A stretch of DNA of 64,000 nt from Rhodocyclales bacterium (lineage in GTDB: Bacteria; Pseudomonadota; Gammaproteobacteria; Burkholderiales; Rhodocyclaceae), in NCBI GenBank assembly GCA_028292505.1, contig JAQGMF010000013.1, positions 36,025 through 100,024 of the forward strand. Direction: 5' to 3'. Of the stretch, positions 33,014 through 43,913 are shown piece after piece. A program made the translations under genes and the position numbers. Within the stretch, counting starts at the first letter, position 1, and every line of letters begins with the position of its first letter. The notes under the pieces are model-generated. The model did not search any database and had not been told where the DNA came from. It saw only the letters and a program-made list of their open reading frames with translations.

Positions 33014-33345
33014 GTTTGTTCCCCCGATATGTGAAAGTCCCCAAGCATCAGAGACGATACGAGCCCTGCGCGTTGGGCGCACAGCATACTACGCGTATGG
33101 AATTCCGATGACGTAGGCGGTCATAGGGCACAGGTTTTCGATGACCAAGGCACCTCATTGCATTGGCATATTTGCCCAGCCTTGGGCTGGCTGCGGCACC
33201 TGCGCATTGAAGGCAGCGACCCCCAAAAGCTGACCATAGCGATGCCACAGCAAAAAAAGCGACCCCGCGTAACGGCTGCTTTGGTCGATAATGTCGCGGA
33301 ATCGAATTACAAGCCTTACGCCAACCCAACCGGGATTTACATCAC

Positions 33346-33681
33346 ATGTACCAAAAACTCATGACCGCCGCGTGTGGCGTAGATTGGCTTCTCGCTCTCC
33401 TGTTCACGCAGGCAGGCATGTTCCTGATAGGGAAATCGCATGCCGACGCAGTCCGTGGCGGCACGACGCCGGAGTTTGTGCGCGGCATGTCCACGGGCGC
33501 GCTCGCCTTGCTCGCCCTGGTCCTGGCGGTGTCCTTGATACTGCATGGATTCTGGTGCTGGCGGCGTTTCAAAACGCTCGGCGCACAACATACGCCCAAG
33601 CCTCTCGAAATTGCCTTGATGTTGGGCGCGCCGCTAGGGGCTCTGACCATCGGCGTGGTGCTGGGGTTTCTGCACCACTGA
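33346..33681 (+). CDS. Small hypothetical membrane protein
   Basis: About 3 predicted TM helices and high GC3, but no clear RBS. Confidence 0.35.
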   Translation: MYQKLMTAACGVDWLLALLFTQAGMFLIGKSHADAVRGGTTPEFVRGMSTGALALLALVLAVSLILHGFWCWRRFKTLGAQHTPKPLEIALMLGAPLGALTIGVVLGFLHH

Positions 33682-33861
33682 CGCAGCGCCCTAGGCTTGC
33701 GCCGTGGGCTGGTCGGGGGTTTTCGCAGCAGGCGCGAGGCTCACATCTCCCGACGGAATCCCGTTCGCGGCCCAGCGATCGAGCGCGCCCATGATGGCTT
33801 GCGCTTCATCGAAGCCCCTTTTTGAATGGGAATCACATGCTTAAGTTGCAGAGCCTCAATT

Positions 33862-33946
33862 TTTGTCATTCCCGCGAAAGCGGGAATCCACTCGGTGGCA
33901 CAGGCCTCACATAGAAGTGGATTCCCGCTTTCGCGGGAATGACGCG
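33862..33946. repeat. REP-like inverted-repeat element, family B (tttgtcattcccgcgaaagcgggaatccac ... gtggattcccgctttcgcgggaatgacgcg)
   Basis: Arms about 30 bp with internal palindrome, 25-bp spacer tcggtggcacaggcctcacatagaa; near-identical copy at 59819-59903. Confidence 0.7.
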
Positions 33947-34039
33947 TCTTTGGCAGAAATCGATTTTCCAAACGTGTTTTGCCTGATTCGCTGCTGCACG
34001 ATCGGGGTGGGCTCACCGAGCCCACGCTGCCAACCCTCG

Positions 34040-34671
<632 letters not shown>

Positions 34672-34675
<4 letters not shown>

Positions 34676-35319
34676 ATCGATTCTCCTTTCAGTTCATTCC
34701 ATACCGCGAGTTCGCGGCGTATCTGGTCTTTGCGTGCGCGCCCGCGTCGTGCGTGGTTGAGCGCGCGTTCGTTGCCACCGCCCAACTGGCCGAGCGGCAG
34801 ATCGGCTTGCGTGCGGCGCAATTGCTCGAAGATCAGCAGACCTTCGGGCCACGGGCCGAAGCCAGCATCGGCGTTGATGTGGCCGGCCGCACCGATGTTG
34901 ATGAAGCGGCTGCCCCAGTTGTCGGCCAACCATGCAGCACGCATCAGTCGTACCCATGGATCGTTGGTGCTCGACACGACTACACTGGGAAAGCCCAGAT
35001 GCTCGGTCGGCACGATGGCGCTGACGCCGAACTTTTCCGGATCGGCAGGCGCCACGAACATGGCGCCAGCGACGCGCTCGCGATAGTCCCAGGCGGCATG
35101 CGCAGCGGCCAGGCAACCGAAACTGTGTGCCACGATCCACACGTGGCCCTTGGCACGGTCGATCTGCTGCCGCACGGTACCCGCCCAGCGCGGCAGGTCG
35201 GGCGTATTCCAGTCGCCCTGCTCGACACGCACGCATTCGGCCAACTGCGCCTCGAACCAGCTCTGCCAGTGTGCGGGCCCACTGTCTTGCAGGCCGGGGA
35301 CGATCAGGATTGTGCTCAT
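34672..35319 (-). CDS. RBBP9/YdeN-family alpha/beta hydrolase
   Basis: MSTILIVPGLQDSGPAHWQSWFE and IVAHSFGCLAA nucleophile motif; ATGA overlap with the peroxiredoxin gene. Confidence 0.78.
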
Positions 35320-35402
35320 TGGAGGGCTTTGTGCGGAAAGCGGAAAGTTAAGAATAGTTGAAAAAAAGGAGCGCGCGGCCGTCCGCCTACTGTGAGCACG
35401 CC

Positions 35403-35618
35403 CTAGATCGTCGCTATCGAAACCTCGGTCGACTTCACCAGCGCCACAACATCGGTGCCGACGCGCAAACCCAGATCGTCGACCGAACGTGTGGTGATGA
35501 CCGAGGTGACAATGCCGGAGGCTGTCTGTACGTCGATTTCGCTGACGACATCGCCGCGAACGATTTCTTTGATGGTGCCGCGGAACTGGTTGCGGACGTT
35601 GATGGCTTGAATGCTCAT
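35403..35618 (-). CDS. mop: Molybdopterin-binding (TOBE/Mop) protein
   Basis: 71-aa TOBE domain (SIQAINVRNQFRGTIKEIV...); lies downstream of ssuB. Confidence 0.85.
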   Translation of the reverse strand: MSIQAINVRNQFRGTIKEIVRGDVVSEIDVQTASGIVTSVITTRSVDDLGLRVGTDVVALVKSTEVSIATI

Positions 35619-35657
35619 TGCATAATTCCTTTCAGTGGATAAAAACTAAGTGATCAA

Positions 35658-36527
35658 CTAGACGGCCCAGCGAACCTGGTCAACCGTGCGATGTAGCGAG
35701 ACGTCACCCGTATGCTCTTTGTCGGGATTCGTATCGTTGGGTGGCTGTTGCAGCACGCGGCGTAGCACGCGCTCTTCCAGTGCGGCGAAGGCGGCATGAC
35801 CGCGGTGACGTGGGCGCGGCAGATCGACGCGCAGGTCCAGCGTGATCCGGCCCTCGTCGATCAGCACGACGCGATCGGCGAGCGCGATGGCCTCGCTGAC
35901 ATCGTGCGTCACAAGGAGCGCGGTGAAACCGTGTTCGCGCCACAGCGATTCGATCAGCGCGTGCATCTCGATACGCGTCAGTGCGTCGAGCGCACCGAGC
36001 GGTTCGTCGAGCAGCAGCAGGCGCGGTTTGTGCACCAGCGCGCGGGCCAGGGCGACGCGCTGGCGCTGGCCGCCCGAGAGGCGCGCCGGCCATTCGTGAC
36101 GACGCTCGCGCAAGCCGACCTGACCGAGCACGTGTTCGGCATTGATGTGTTCGTGCGGCGGCAGGCCGAGTGCGACGTTATCGACGACGCGTTTCCACGG
36201 TAGCAGGCGCGAGTCCTGGAACATGATGCGTGTGTCATGACGTGAGTCTTGCGCGTGACCGTCGTAGTGCAGCTCTCCATCCTGACCCGCCTCCAGGCCG
36301 GCGACAAGGCGCAGCAAGGTGCTCTTGCCGCAGCCGCTGCGACCGACGATGGCGACAAATTCGCCCGGAGCGATATCGAGATCGATGCCTTTGAGCACTT
36401 CGCGCTCGCCATAGTGTTTATGCACATTGCGTACCGATAAAGCGATGCCAAAAGTATTGGCAACTGCGGTACTGGCAACTGCGGCGCGGCTGGCGACTGC
36501 ACTGTTTTCTTCGAAATTGTTCTGCAT
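35658..36527 (-). CDS. ssuB: Aliphatic sulfonate ABC transporter ATP-binding protein
   Basis: GRSGCGKST Walker [16 protein letters not shown] signature. Confidence 0.9.
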   Translation of the reverse strand: MQNNFEENSAVASRAAVASTAVANTFGIALSVRNVHKHYGEREVLKGIDLDIAPGEFVAIVGRSGCGKSTLLRLVAGLEAGQDGELHYDGHAQDSRHDTRIMFQDSRLLPWKRVVDNVALGLPPHEHINAEHVLGQVGLRERRHEWPARLSGGQRQRVALARALVHKPRLLLLDEPLGALDALTRIEMHALIESLWREHGFTALLVTHDVSEAIALADRVVLIDEGRITLDLRVDLPRPRHRGHAAFAALEERVLRRVLQQPPNDTNPDKEHTGDVSLHRTVDQVRWAV

Positions 36528-36541
36528 GGCGGGTTCGTGAA

Positions 36542-37324
36542 TCAGGCGTTGGCGTAGTTGGGATTCCAGCGCAGCCAGAAGCGTTCCAGCCCGCGCGCGA
36601 TGATGTCTGCGAGCTTGCCGAGCAGTGCATAGAGCAGGATGCCGACGAGTACGACATCAGTGCGCAGGAACTCGCGTGCATTCATAGTCATGTAGCCGAT
36701 GCCTTCAGTGGCCGAGATAGTTTCCGAGACGATCAGCAGCACCCACATGAAACCGAGCGCGAAACGCAGGCCGACAAGAATGGAGGGCAAGGCGCCGGGG
36801 AATATGACATCGCGATACAGACGCCAGCCGCTCACGCCGTAGCTTTTCGCCATCTCGATGAGTGCCGGATCGACGGAGCGGATGCCGTGATAGGTGTTCA
36901 TGTACAGCGGGAAAAACACGCCGACCGCCACGATGAAGATCTTCGCCGCCTCGTCGATGCCGAACCACAGGATGACCAGTGGAATCAGCGCCAATGGCGG
37001 CACATTGCGGATCATTTGCAGCGTTGTGTCGAGCAAGGTTTCAGCGCGGCGGAACGTGCCCGTGAGTAACCCCAGCGTCAAACCCAGCCCGCCACCGATG
37101 GCGAGCCCAATGAACGCACGTCGCGTGCTCACCAGCACGTGGTGAAGCAGCTCGCCGGACTTGAGCAATTCCCACGCGGACTCGAAGACCTTGAGCGGTT
37201 CGGGCAGCACGCGGCTCGACAGCCAGCCGACATGCGCCGCGAATTGCCAGGCACTGATCAAGAGCACAGGCAGCAGCCACGGCAGCGTACGGTCAAACAA
37301 AGTTTTCTTCTGGGGAGTGCTCAT
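36542..37324 (-). CDS. ssuC: Aliphatic sulfonate ABC transporter permease (start at MSTPQKK)
   Basis: SsuC/TauC-like permease with EAA loop ([20 protein letters not shown]). Confidence 0.9.
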   Translation of the reverse strand: MSTPQKKTLFDRTLPWLLPVLLISAWQFAAHVGWLSSRVLPEPLKVFESAWELLKSGELLHHVLVSTRRAFIGLAIGGGLGLTLGLLTGTFRRAETLLDTTLQMIRNVPPLALIPLVILWFGIDEAAKIFIVAVGVFFPLYMNTYHGIRSVDPALIEMAKSYGVSGWRLYRDVIFPGALPSILVGLRFALGFMWVLLIVSETISATEGIGYMTMNAREFLRTDVVLVGILLYALLGKLADIIARGLERFWLRWNPNYANA

Positions 37325-37346
37325 GTTCTGTATCCGGGAATGACGG

Positions 37347-38540
37347 TTAACTGGCCGATGCCTTCGGCACGTAGTGATTCCCCACAACTTCACCAAAAGG
37401 TCCCGTCAGCTTCTGCCCAGGCAGCTTGTCGCTTGCGCCATGCTCAAGCGGCAGCAACGGGAACACGAGCTCGGCAAAGCGATAGGCTTCTTCCAGATGC
37501 GGATAGCCGGAGAGGATGAAAGTGTCAGCGCCGACATCGGCGTACTCCTGCAACCTGGCCGCGATTTGTTGTGGGTTGCCGACCAGCGCCGTGCCAGCAC
37601 CGCCACGCACGAGGCCGACACCGGCCCACAGGTTGAGGCTGATTTCGAGATCGGCACGCGAGCGTCGAATTTGGCCATTGAGACCACCCCCATGCAGCGC
37701 CGCCATGCGACGCTGACCTTCCGAATCCATCTTCGCGAATACCGATTGCGCGCGGGTGATGGTCTCGTCGTCGAGACGGCTGATCAACTCGTCCGCAGCG
37801 GCCCAGGCTTGCGCCTCCGTCTCGCGCACAATCACATGCAGGCGCACGCCAGCCGTGATGCTGCGGCCACGCTTGGCGGCACGCGCTTTCACGTCGGCGA
37901 CTTTCTTCGCCACCTCGGCAGGAGGCTCGCCCCATGTCAAATAGGTATCGGCATGTTCCGCGGCCAAGTCATGCGCCGCGTCGGAGGAGCCACCGAACCA
38001 TATCGGCGGATATGGCCGCTGGATCGGCGGGTAAAGCAGCTTGGCGCCTTTTACCGACAGATGCTTGCCCTCGTAATCGTAGCTGGGTTCCGTCTCGGCG
38101 CTATTGTGGCTACGCGTGATGATTTCGCGCCAGATGCGGATAAATTCCTCCGACGCCTCATAGCGTTCAGCATGCGAACTGAATACGCCGTCACCGGCCA
38201 GCTCATTCGGATCTCCCCCAGTGACCAGGTTGACCAACAGGCGGCCACCGGAGAGTCGGTCGAAAGTCGCTGCCGTGCGCGCGCCGAGGCTTGGCTGCAT
38301 GAGGCCTGGTCGCAGCGCGACAAGAAAGCGTAGGTTCTTCGTCGCGCCGATGAGGCTGGACGTGACCACCCACGGGTCTTCGCAGGAGCGGCCGGTCGGC
38401 GTCAGGACGCCGTAGTAGCCCAAGTTGTCGGCGGCTTGCGCAATCTGACGCAGGTAGTCGTAACTGACTTCGCGCGCACCGTCGCTGGTGCCGAGATAGC
38501 GGCTGTCGCCGTGGGTGGGAAGGAACCAGAGGACTTTCAC
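37347..38540 (-). CDS. ssuD: FMNH2-dependent alkanesulfonate monooxygenase
   Basis: Luciferase-like monooxygenase; [18 protein letters not shown]-terminus is typical of SsuD. Confidence 0.93.
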   Translation of the reverse strand: MKVLWFLPTHGDSRYLGTSDGAREVSYDYLRQIAQAADNLGYYGVLTPTGRSCEDPWVVTSSLIGATKNLRFLVALRPGLMQPSLGARTAATFDRLSGGRLLVNLVTGGDPNELAGDGVFSSHAERYEASEEFIRIWREIITRSHNSAETEPSYDYEGKHLSVKGAKLLYPPIQRPYPPIWFGGSSDAAHDLAAEHADTYLTWGEPPAEVAKKVADVKARAAKRGRSITAGVRLHVIVRETEAQAWAAADELISRLDDETITRAQSVFAKMDSEGQRRMAALHGGGLNGQIRRSRADLEISLNLWAGVGLVRGGAGTALVGNPQQIAARLQEYADVGADTFILSGYPHLEEAYRFAELVFPLLPLEHGASDKLPGQKLTGPFGEVVGNHYVPKASAS

Positions 38541-38570
38541 TTTTGTGGACCTTTCAGCGTATCCGTACGC

Positions 38571-39551
38571 TCAGCGTTTGGCGCCGAGCGTCGCGTCTTT
38601 CACATGGATGGGTGCAGGAATCAGCTTCAGCTCGGCGAAGGTGTCGGCGATCTTCTGCTGCGCGTCGAGCACCTTGTCGTCGAGCGGATGCACGCCTTGC
38701 GGGTAGCGGCTCAAGCTCTGCTCCAGTACGTCGGTCGGTAAGCCCTGGATCGGCGAGAGCTGTGCAGCGGCTTCCTTGATGTTTTTAGTTACCCATGCGC
38801 CCTCTGTGCTGACTTCATCGAACAGTACTTTGGTCACGTCGGCGCGCTTGGTAGCGAACTCGCGCTCGGCGAGGAAGAACTGGTGGTTATTGGCAATGCC
38901 AACGGCATTTGTCAGCACGCGCGCGCTGGCCTGTTTTTCGGCTGCGGATGTGAAGGGGTCCCAGATGACCCAGGCGTCGATTGCGCCGCGCTCGAAAGCG
39001 GCACGCGCATCGGCGGGTGTGAGGTAGTTGACCGTGACATCGGAATATTTAAGACCACCCTTTTCAAGCGCCTTGACGAGCAGGTAATGCACGTTCGAGC
39101 CCTTGTTCAGCGCGATCTTCTTGCCGCGCAGATCGGCAATCGTCTTGATCGGCGAATCCTTCGGCACGAGGATCGCTTCGGCATTTGGTGCTGGCAACTC
39201 ATAGCCGACATAGACGAAATTGGCGCCGGCGGCCTGGGCCACAATGGGCGGCGTTTCGCCGACGTAACCGAAGTCGATGGAACCGACGTTCAGGCCTTCG
39301 AGCAGTTGCGGGCCTGCTGCAAATTCGACCCATTTCACTTCAACGCCCAGCGGCGCCAGCTTTTTCTCAAGTGTGCCATTGCCCTTGAGCAACACTAGCG
39401 TGGCGGCGGATTTCTGATAGCCGATGCGCAGCAGCTTGGGGTTGTATTCGGCGAGTGCGGGCAGGGAGGTGAGGGCCAGCAGCGCGGCGGTGGCACCGAT
39501 GAGCTGACGACGTGTCCAGGAAATAGAAGGCACGGTGGAAGGCATGGTCAA
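38571..39551 (-). CDS. ssuA: Aliphatic sulfonate ABC transporter substrate-binding protein (Tat signal)
   Basis: RRQLIGATAALLALTSLPALA twin-arginine signal; NMT1/SsuA-like periplasmic domain. Confidence 0.9.
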   Translation of the reverse strand: MTMPSTVPSISWTRRQLIGATAALLALTSLPALAEYNPKLLRIGYQKSAATLVLLKGNGTLEKKLAPLGVEVKWVEFAAGPQLLEGLNVGSIDFGYVGETPPIVAQAAGANFVYVGYELPAPNAEAILVPKDSPIKTIADLRGKKIALNKGSNVHYLLVKALEKGGLKYSDVTVNYLTPADARAAFERGAIDAWVIWDPFTSAAEKQASARVLTNAVGIANNHQFFLAEREFATKRADVTKVLFDEVSTEGAWVTKNIKEAAAQLSPIQGLPTDVLEQSLSRYPQGVHPLDDKVLDAQQKIADTFAELKLIPAPIHVKDATLGAKR

Positions 39552-39604
39552 TTTTCCTTATGGCGTGAAATGAGGTGAGTGGAGATCGGAAATCGAAGGG
39601 CAGC

Positions 39605-40171
39605 TCAAGCCGCCTTGGCGTGCTTCGCGTAGCTGAGCGTTGCGCCTTGTGGCAGATGCGCGCGCAGATCGCCGAGGCGCTGACCCAGGCGCTCAAGTAG
39701 CCCCGGCGCCAGCAGTAGGGTGCCGTCGGCTAGCGTCTCGATGTCTTTGTCGATTGCGAATATGCCGGGCAAAACGTGGTGCGCACCAAGCGAGCCGAGA
39801 ACCGGGCGCAACGCGTAGTCAATGACAAGTGCATGCGCGAGACTGCCGCCGGACGCAATCGGCAGGATCGGCTTGCCGCTGAACGCGTCCTGCGGCAACA
39901 AATCGAGGAATACCTTCAGCAAGCCGCTGTAGGCCGCCTTGTAAACCGGCGTAGCAATGATGATGGCATCCGCCTGCTCTACTGCGGCGACGGCTTCGGC
40001 AATCAGGGGATCACGCGTGTTGGCGTGCAGCAGCGCTTCGGCGGGCAAGCCGCGCAAGTCGAGATGCCGACTGATGATGCCGCCTGCGGTGAGCGTGTCG
40101 CGGGCACGACCCAGCAGACGCGCCGAGCGCGAATGCGTCGAGGGACTGGAAGCAATGGTGAGGACCGACAT
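39605..40171 (-). CDS. ssuE: NADPH-dependent FMN reductase (start at MSVLTIASS)
   Basis: FMN_red fold (IIIATPVYKAAYSGLLKVFLD); first gene of ssuEADCB-mop. Confidence 0.85.
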   Translation of the reverse strand: MSVLTIASSPSTHSRSARLLGRARDTLTAGGIISRHLDLRGLPAEALLHANTRDPLIAEAVAAVEQADAIIIATPVYKAAYSGLLKVFLDLLPQDAFSGKPILPIASGGSLAHALVIDYALRPVLGSLGAHHVLPGIFAIDKDIETLADGTLLLAPGLLERLGQRLGDLRAHLPQGATLSYAKHAKAA

Positions 40172-40548
40172 GTTTTCCCTTTCGCTGAACTCAGCACGCA
40201 ACAGGGCGTGTGTTCAATGAACGGAACTGTACGGATCGCGGCTGCCGCGCCTAACCAATTAGTTCTGTATTGCTTATCGCATCCGGCGTGAAAAGCATAT
40301 GGCTTGTCTTGCGCACGCTTGCTGCGGCGAAGCCTTGGTCTGATGAAGATCGGGCTCGCGGGTGGCGAGCAGTTCCTCTGAAATATGGGCACAAGTTTTT
40401 TCGCCAAGCTTCTCGAAGGGAAATCCAGAACCCTTTCTTGCCTCTATGCGTAGTAGTAATAACCCTACTTCCTGTCTTGGGAAATTGCGCCCAACGTGCT
40501 AAAGCCGTAAAAAATATGGCTCTAAAAACTAGACATGGAGAGACAGAG

Positions 40549-42606
40549 ATGAAATGGACAGAAAAAAGTGGCAGATTTGCTAAAATCGCCAAATACGCGT
40601 TGGCCGTTGCGACGCTTAGTGCTTCGCTGACGGCTTCAGCCGTCACCGTCGCGCCTTATTTTTTCGGCTGGAGCTTCGGTGATACGCACTACAAGGTGAC
40701 CGGCCTGATGGACGCCCACAACAAGGCGGGCGTCAATGCAATGACGTTGGCATTTGGCATCAGCAATGGCGGTTGCACGCTTGGCGGTGGACTTGATTCG
40801 ACCTTGAACATTCCCGCGTTCGCGACGGACATCAAGCAGTTCATCGCCATCGGCGGCAAAGTCATCCTCTCCTTCGGTGGCGCTTCGGGTACCTATCTGG
40901 AAGCGGCTTGCTCGTCCTCGGCGATGACCTCTCTCATCGCCAACCTGCTCGACACGCACAAGACCTACGCGCTCGACTTCGACGTGGAAGGCAGCCAGCT
41001 CGGCAACACGGCTCTCAACTCAACACGCAATGCCGCAATCGTCGCGCTGCAAAATCGTTATCCCGCACTGACGGTTTCGTTCACCCTGCCTGTCATGCCA
41101 ACCGGCCTGGACAGCTCCGGCATCTCCCTGCTCAAGTCGGCCGTTGCGGCCGGCGTCAAGATCAGGACCGTCAACCTGATGACAATGGACTACGGCGACG
41201 GCTCTGAGAAGACACACACGATGGGCGACCTCGCCATCTCGGCGATGACTGCTACGCAAGCTCAGCTCAAGACGATCTATCCCTCGTCATCGGACGCAGC
41301 CTTGTGGAACATGATCGGCAACACGCCGATGATCGGTGTGAATGACGTATCCACCGAGATCTACACGACGGCAGATGCCAAGTCGAATGCCGCTTTTGGC
41401 GTGCTGAAAAATATTAACCTTATGTCATACTGGGCAATACAGCGCGACCAGGTCGGCACCGGCAGCGTCAATGACTTCAGCAAGAAGAACACGGTCGACT
41501 TCGAGTACTTCAAAGACTTTTCGCAACAAAGCGGTGGCTCGTCGAGCAGTTCCTCGTCGTCGAGTAGCCAGTCTTCCAGTTCAAGTTCCTCGAGTACGGG
41601 TGGTAGCGGTACGACGATCACGAGCAGCAACGGTTTCGTGAACAGTCCGATCGCAACACAGACAGGCAGCTTCACGGCGACCTTCGATGCGACGCCGTCG
41701 ATCTCGCCGGCCAATGACACGCTGGGCTTCAGCAACGGTGCGCAGAGTGCCTACACCGGCGTTGCCGCGACGGTACGCTTCAATACCACCGGCACCATCG
41801 ACGCGCGTAACGGTGGCGCTTATGCTGCTGTCACAAACGTAACATTCGCCGCAGGCAGCAAATATCACTTCCGCATGGTGATCAACGTTGCAGCCAAGAC
41901 CTACTCGGCCTACGTGACACCGCCCGGAGGTAGCGAGCAGACCATCGCCAGCAACTACGCTTTCCGCACCGAGCAGGCTGGCATCAGCAGCGTCAACAAC
42001 TTCAACGTTGATGTGAGCGCCACGCCAGGGGGGTCGTTGACCTACACGGCACCGATCATCGGTACTGGCGCCTCGTCGAGCGCAAGCTCTTCGTCATCGT
42101 CATCGTCGTCCAGTTCGAGCAGCTCATCAAGCTCCTCGAGCGGCGCCGGCACGACGGTCACGAGCAGTAACGGCTTCGTGAACAGCCCGATCGCAACACA
42201 GACGGGCAGCTTCACGGCGACCTTCGACGCCACGCCATCGATCTCGCCGGCCAACGACACGCTGTCCTTCAGCAGCGGCGCGCAGAGTGCCTACACGGGT
42301 CTGGCGGCAACGGTGCGCTTCAATACCACCGGCACGATCGATACGCGCAACGGCGGTGCTTATGCCGCTGTCACAAACGTCGCATTCACCGCAGGCAGCA
42401 CATATCACTTCCGCATGGTGATCAATGTTGCGGCCAAGACCTACTCGGCTTACGTGACAGCGCCCGGCGGCACTGAGCAGACCATTGCCAGCAACTACGC
42501 CTTCCGCACCGAGCAGGCGGGTATCAGCAGCATCAACAACTTCAACGTGGATGTGAATGCCACGCCTGGGGGCTCGTTGCGCTACACCACTCCGGTAATT
42601 CAGTAG
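40549..42606 (+). CDS. Secreted GH18 (class III/hevamine-like) chitinase with poly-Ser linkers and two tandem near-identical ~175-aa C-terminal modules (ORF track start 40270)
   Basis: Signal peptide; VILSFGGASGTY and YALDFDVEG (DxDxE catalytic motif); two Ser-rich linkers; duplicated module GSFTATFDATPSISPANDTL...YHFRMVINVAAKTYSAYVT; ggagag RBS before ATG. Confidence 0.85.
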   Translation: MKWTEKSGRFAKIAKYALAVATLSASLTASAVTVAPYFFGWSFGDTHYKVTGLMDAHNKAGVNAMTLAFGISNGGCTLGGGLDSTLNIPAFATDIKQFIAIGGKVILSFGGASGTYLEAACSSSAMTSLIANLLDTHKTYALDFDVEGSQLGNTALNSTRNAAIVALQNRYPALTVSFTLPVMPTGLDSSGISLLKSAVAAGVKIRTVNLMTMDYGDGSEKTHTMGDLAISAMTATQAQLKTIYPSSSDAALWNMIGNTPMIGVNDVSTEIYTTADAKSNAAFGVLKNINLMSYWAIQRDQVGTGSVNDFSKKNTVDFEYFKDFSQQSGGSSSSSSSSSSQSSSSSSSSTGGSGTTITSSNGFVNSPIATQTGSFTATFDATPSISPANDTLGFSNGAQSAYTGVAATVRFNTTGTIDARNGGAYAAVTNVTFAAGSKYHFRMVINVAAKTYSAYVTPPGGSEQTIASNYAFRTEQAGISSVNNFNVDVSATPGGSLTYTAPIIGTGASSSASSSSSSSSSSSSSSSSSSSGAGTTVTSSNGFVNSPIATQTGSFTATFDATPSISPANDTLSFSSGAQSAYTGLAATVRFNTTGTIDTRNGGAYAAVTNVAFTAGSTYHFRMVINVAAKTYSAYVTAPGGTEQTIASNYAFRTEQAGISSINNFNVDVNATPGGSLRYTTPVIQ
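41560..42603 (+). repeat. Tandem direct duplication (2 x ~540 bp, about 88-90% nucleotide identity by eye) encoding the two C-terminal chitinase modules
   Basis: For example cacgagcagcaacggtttcgtgaacagtccgatcgcaacacagacaggcagcttcacggcgaccttcgatgcg versus cacgagcagtaacggcttcgtgaacagcccgatcgcaacacagacgggcagcttcacggcgaccttcgacgcc, offset 540 bp. Confidence 0.8.
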
Positions 42607-42656
42607 GTCGTCGGGTAGCCGGTCTCCGTGAGGAGATCGGCAATGTGATGCAAGCT

Positions 42657-42686
42657 GCAGGGCGGGGGAAACCCCGCCTTTTTTTA
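42657..42686 (+). terminator. Rho-independent terminator downstream of the chitinase gene (overlaps the stop of the convergent sfnR-like gene)
   Basis: ggcggggg-aaa-ccccgcc followed by ttttttt. Confidence 0.7.
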
Positions 42687-43835
42687 TGGCCGACGCGGGC
42701 TTCTGTCGTCAGTGGTTTCGCGAATCAAGCCAAGGCGCTTGAGATGCGTGCGCAAGACATTGCGCGTGATGCCCAGCTCCTTGGCCGTATGCGCCTGGTT
42801 GTTGCGGCTGTATTCGAAGGCCGTTGTGAATACGATCCTCTCGATATGTTCGTGCAGGTCGGGCAGGCCCGCATCGAGCAGACGCAATATCTGGAAGCGC
42901 AGGGCCGACAGGCTGGCCTCGTTCGATGTTTCGGTATTCGCAGGAGCAACCGGCGTGCCGGTCTGGCGCTGCAGGTTAGCCAGACGCAGATCATTTGCTT
43001 GTATGACATTGTCCTGACATACGATCAAGGCGAAGTGCACGACGTTCTCGAGTTCACGGATATTGCCCGGCCATTCATAGTGGTACAGCTGACGCTCGGC
43101 TTCGGTGCTCAGGCGCGGTGTCGCGATATGCAGCTTGTGGCGGTAGAACTCGATGAAGTATTCCACCAGGGGCAGGATGTCGCCGCGACGCTCGCGCAAA
43201 GGCGGCAGCTGCACCGGGGCGACGTTCAGGCGATAGAAGAGATCGCGACGGAAGTGGCCGGCGGTTACCGCTCTTTCGAGGTCGACGTTGGTGCCGGCCA
43301 CCAGTCTGATATCGATGGCAATCGGTTTGCGTGAGCCGAGGCGCACGACCTGGCGCTCCTGCAGTACGCGCAGCAGTTTGACCTGCATCGACAGCGGCAG
43401 GTCGCCGACCTCGTCGAGGAAGAGCGTGCCGCCATTGGCGGCTTCGAACCAGCCCGCGCGTGTCTGCTGTGCGCCGGTGAAAGCGCCGGCCTCGTGACCG
43501 AATAGTTCGGCTTCGACGAGGTTCTCGTTGAAGGCGCCGCAATTGACGGCAAGGAAGGGACCGCGCCGACCGCTCTCGCTATGCACATGTCGTGCAATGA
43601 GTTCCTTGCCGGTGCCGGTTTCACCGATGATGAGCACGTTGGCTTCGCTGGAGGCGATCAAGCCGACGTGCTGGTATAGCGCCACGGATTTAGGGTCGTT
43701 AAATACGAGCGCCTTGGCACGAATGGACAGTGCCTGGTCGCTCGCGCCCGGCAGCGTCAGCACGCGCGCATGTGGCGCGGGGCTTGGTGCTGGTCCGTTC
43801 TCGGCGGGCGGTCTCGATTGAAGGTTCTGGATCAC
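42684..43835 (-). CDS. Sigma-54-dependent transcriptional activator lacking an N-terminal receiver domain (SfnR-like)
   Basis: AAA+ sigma-54 interaction domain ([29 protein letters not shown]-like) and C-terminal Fis-type HTH; 383 aa; sits in sulfur-assimilation context next to sbp. Confidence 0.85.
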   Translation of the reverse strand: MIQNLQSRPPAENGPAPSPAPHARVLTLPGASDQALSIRAKALVFNDPKSVALYQHVGLIASSEANVLIIGETGTGKELIARHVHSESGRRGPFLAVNCGAFNENLVEAELFGHEAGAFTGAQQTRAGWFEAANGGTLFLDEVGDLPLSMQVKLLRVLQERQVVRLGSRKPIAIDIRLVAGTNVDLERAVTAGHFRRDLFYRLNVAPVQLPPLRERRGDILPLVEYFIEFYRHKLHIATPRLSTEAERQLYHYEWPGNIRELENVVHFALIVCQDNVIQANDLRLANLQRQTGTPVAPANTETSNEASLSALRFQILRLLDAGLPDLHEHIERIVFTTAFEYSRNNQAHTAKELGITRNVLRTHLKRLGLIRETTDDRSPRRP

Positions 43836-43863
43836 GTTGCGCCTCTCACGCGTCAGCGACTGG

Positions 43864-43894
43864 AAAATAAAAGAGGGCTGCGATGCAGCCCTCT
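43864..43894 (-). terminator. Putative rho-independent terminator downstream of sbp
   Basis: Minus-strand agagggctgc-atcg-cagccctct followed by tttatttt. Confidence 0.5.
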
Positions 43895-43913
43895 CGATCG
43901 ACCGGCTGGGCGC

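Noticed and set aside
37374-38333. 319-aa plus-strand ORF antisense to ssuD, and the similar antisense ORFs at 8074-8862 and 24070-24975
   Set aside because: Each lies opposite a confidently identified gene (ssuD, rng, cysB/cysA) and shows high-GC antisense composition.
41533-42160. Short tandem tcg/agc-rich repeats considered as a possible CRISPR or VNTR locus
   Set aside because: They are in-frame poly-serine linker codons inside the chitinase gene. There are no regularly spaced direct repeats with unique spacers anywhere in the window, and no cas genes.
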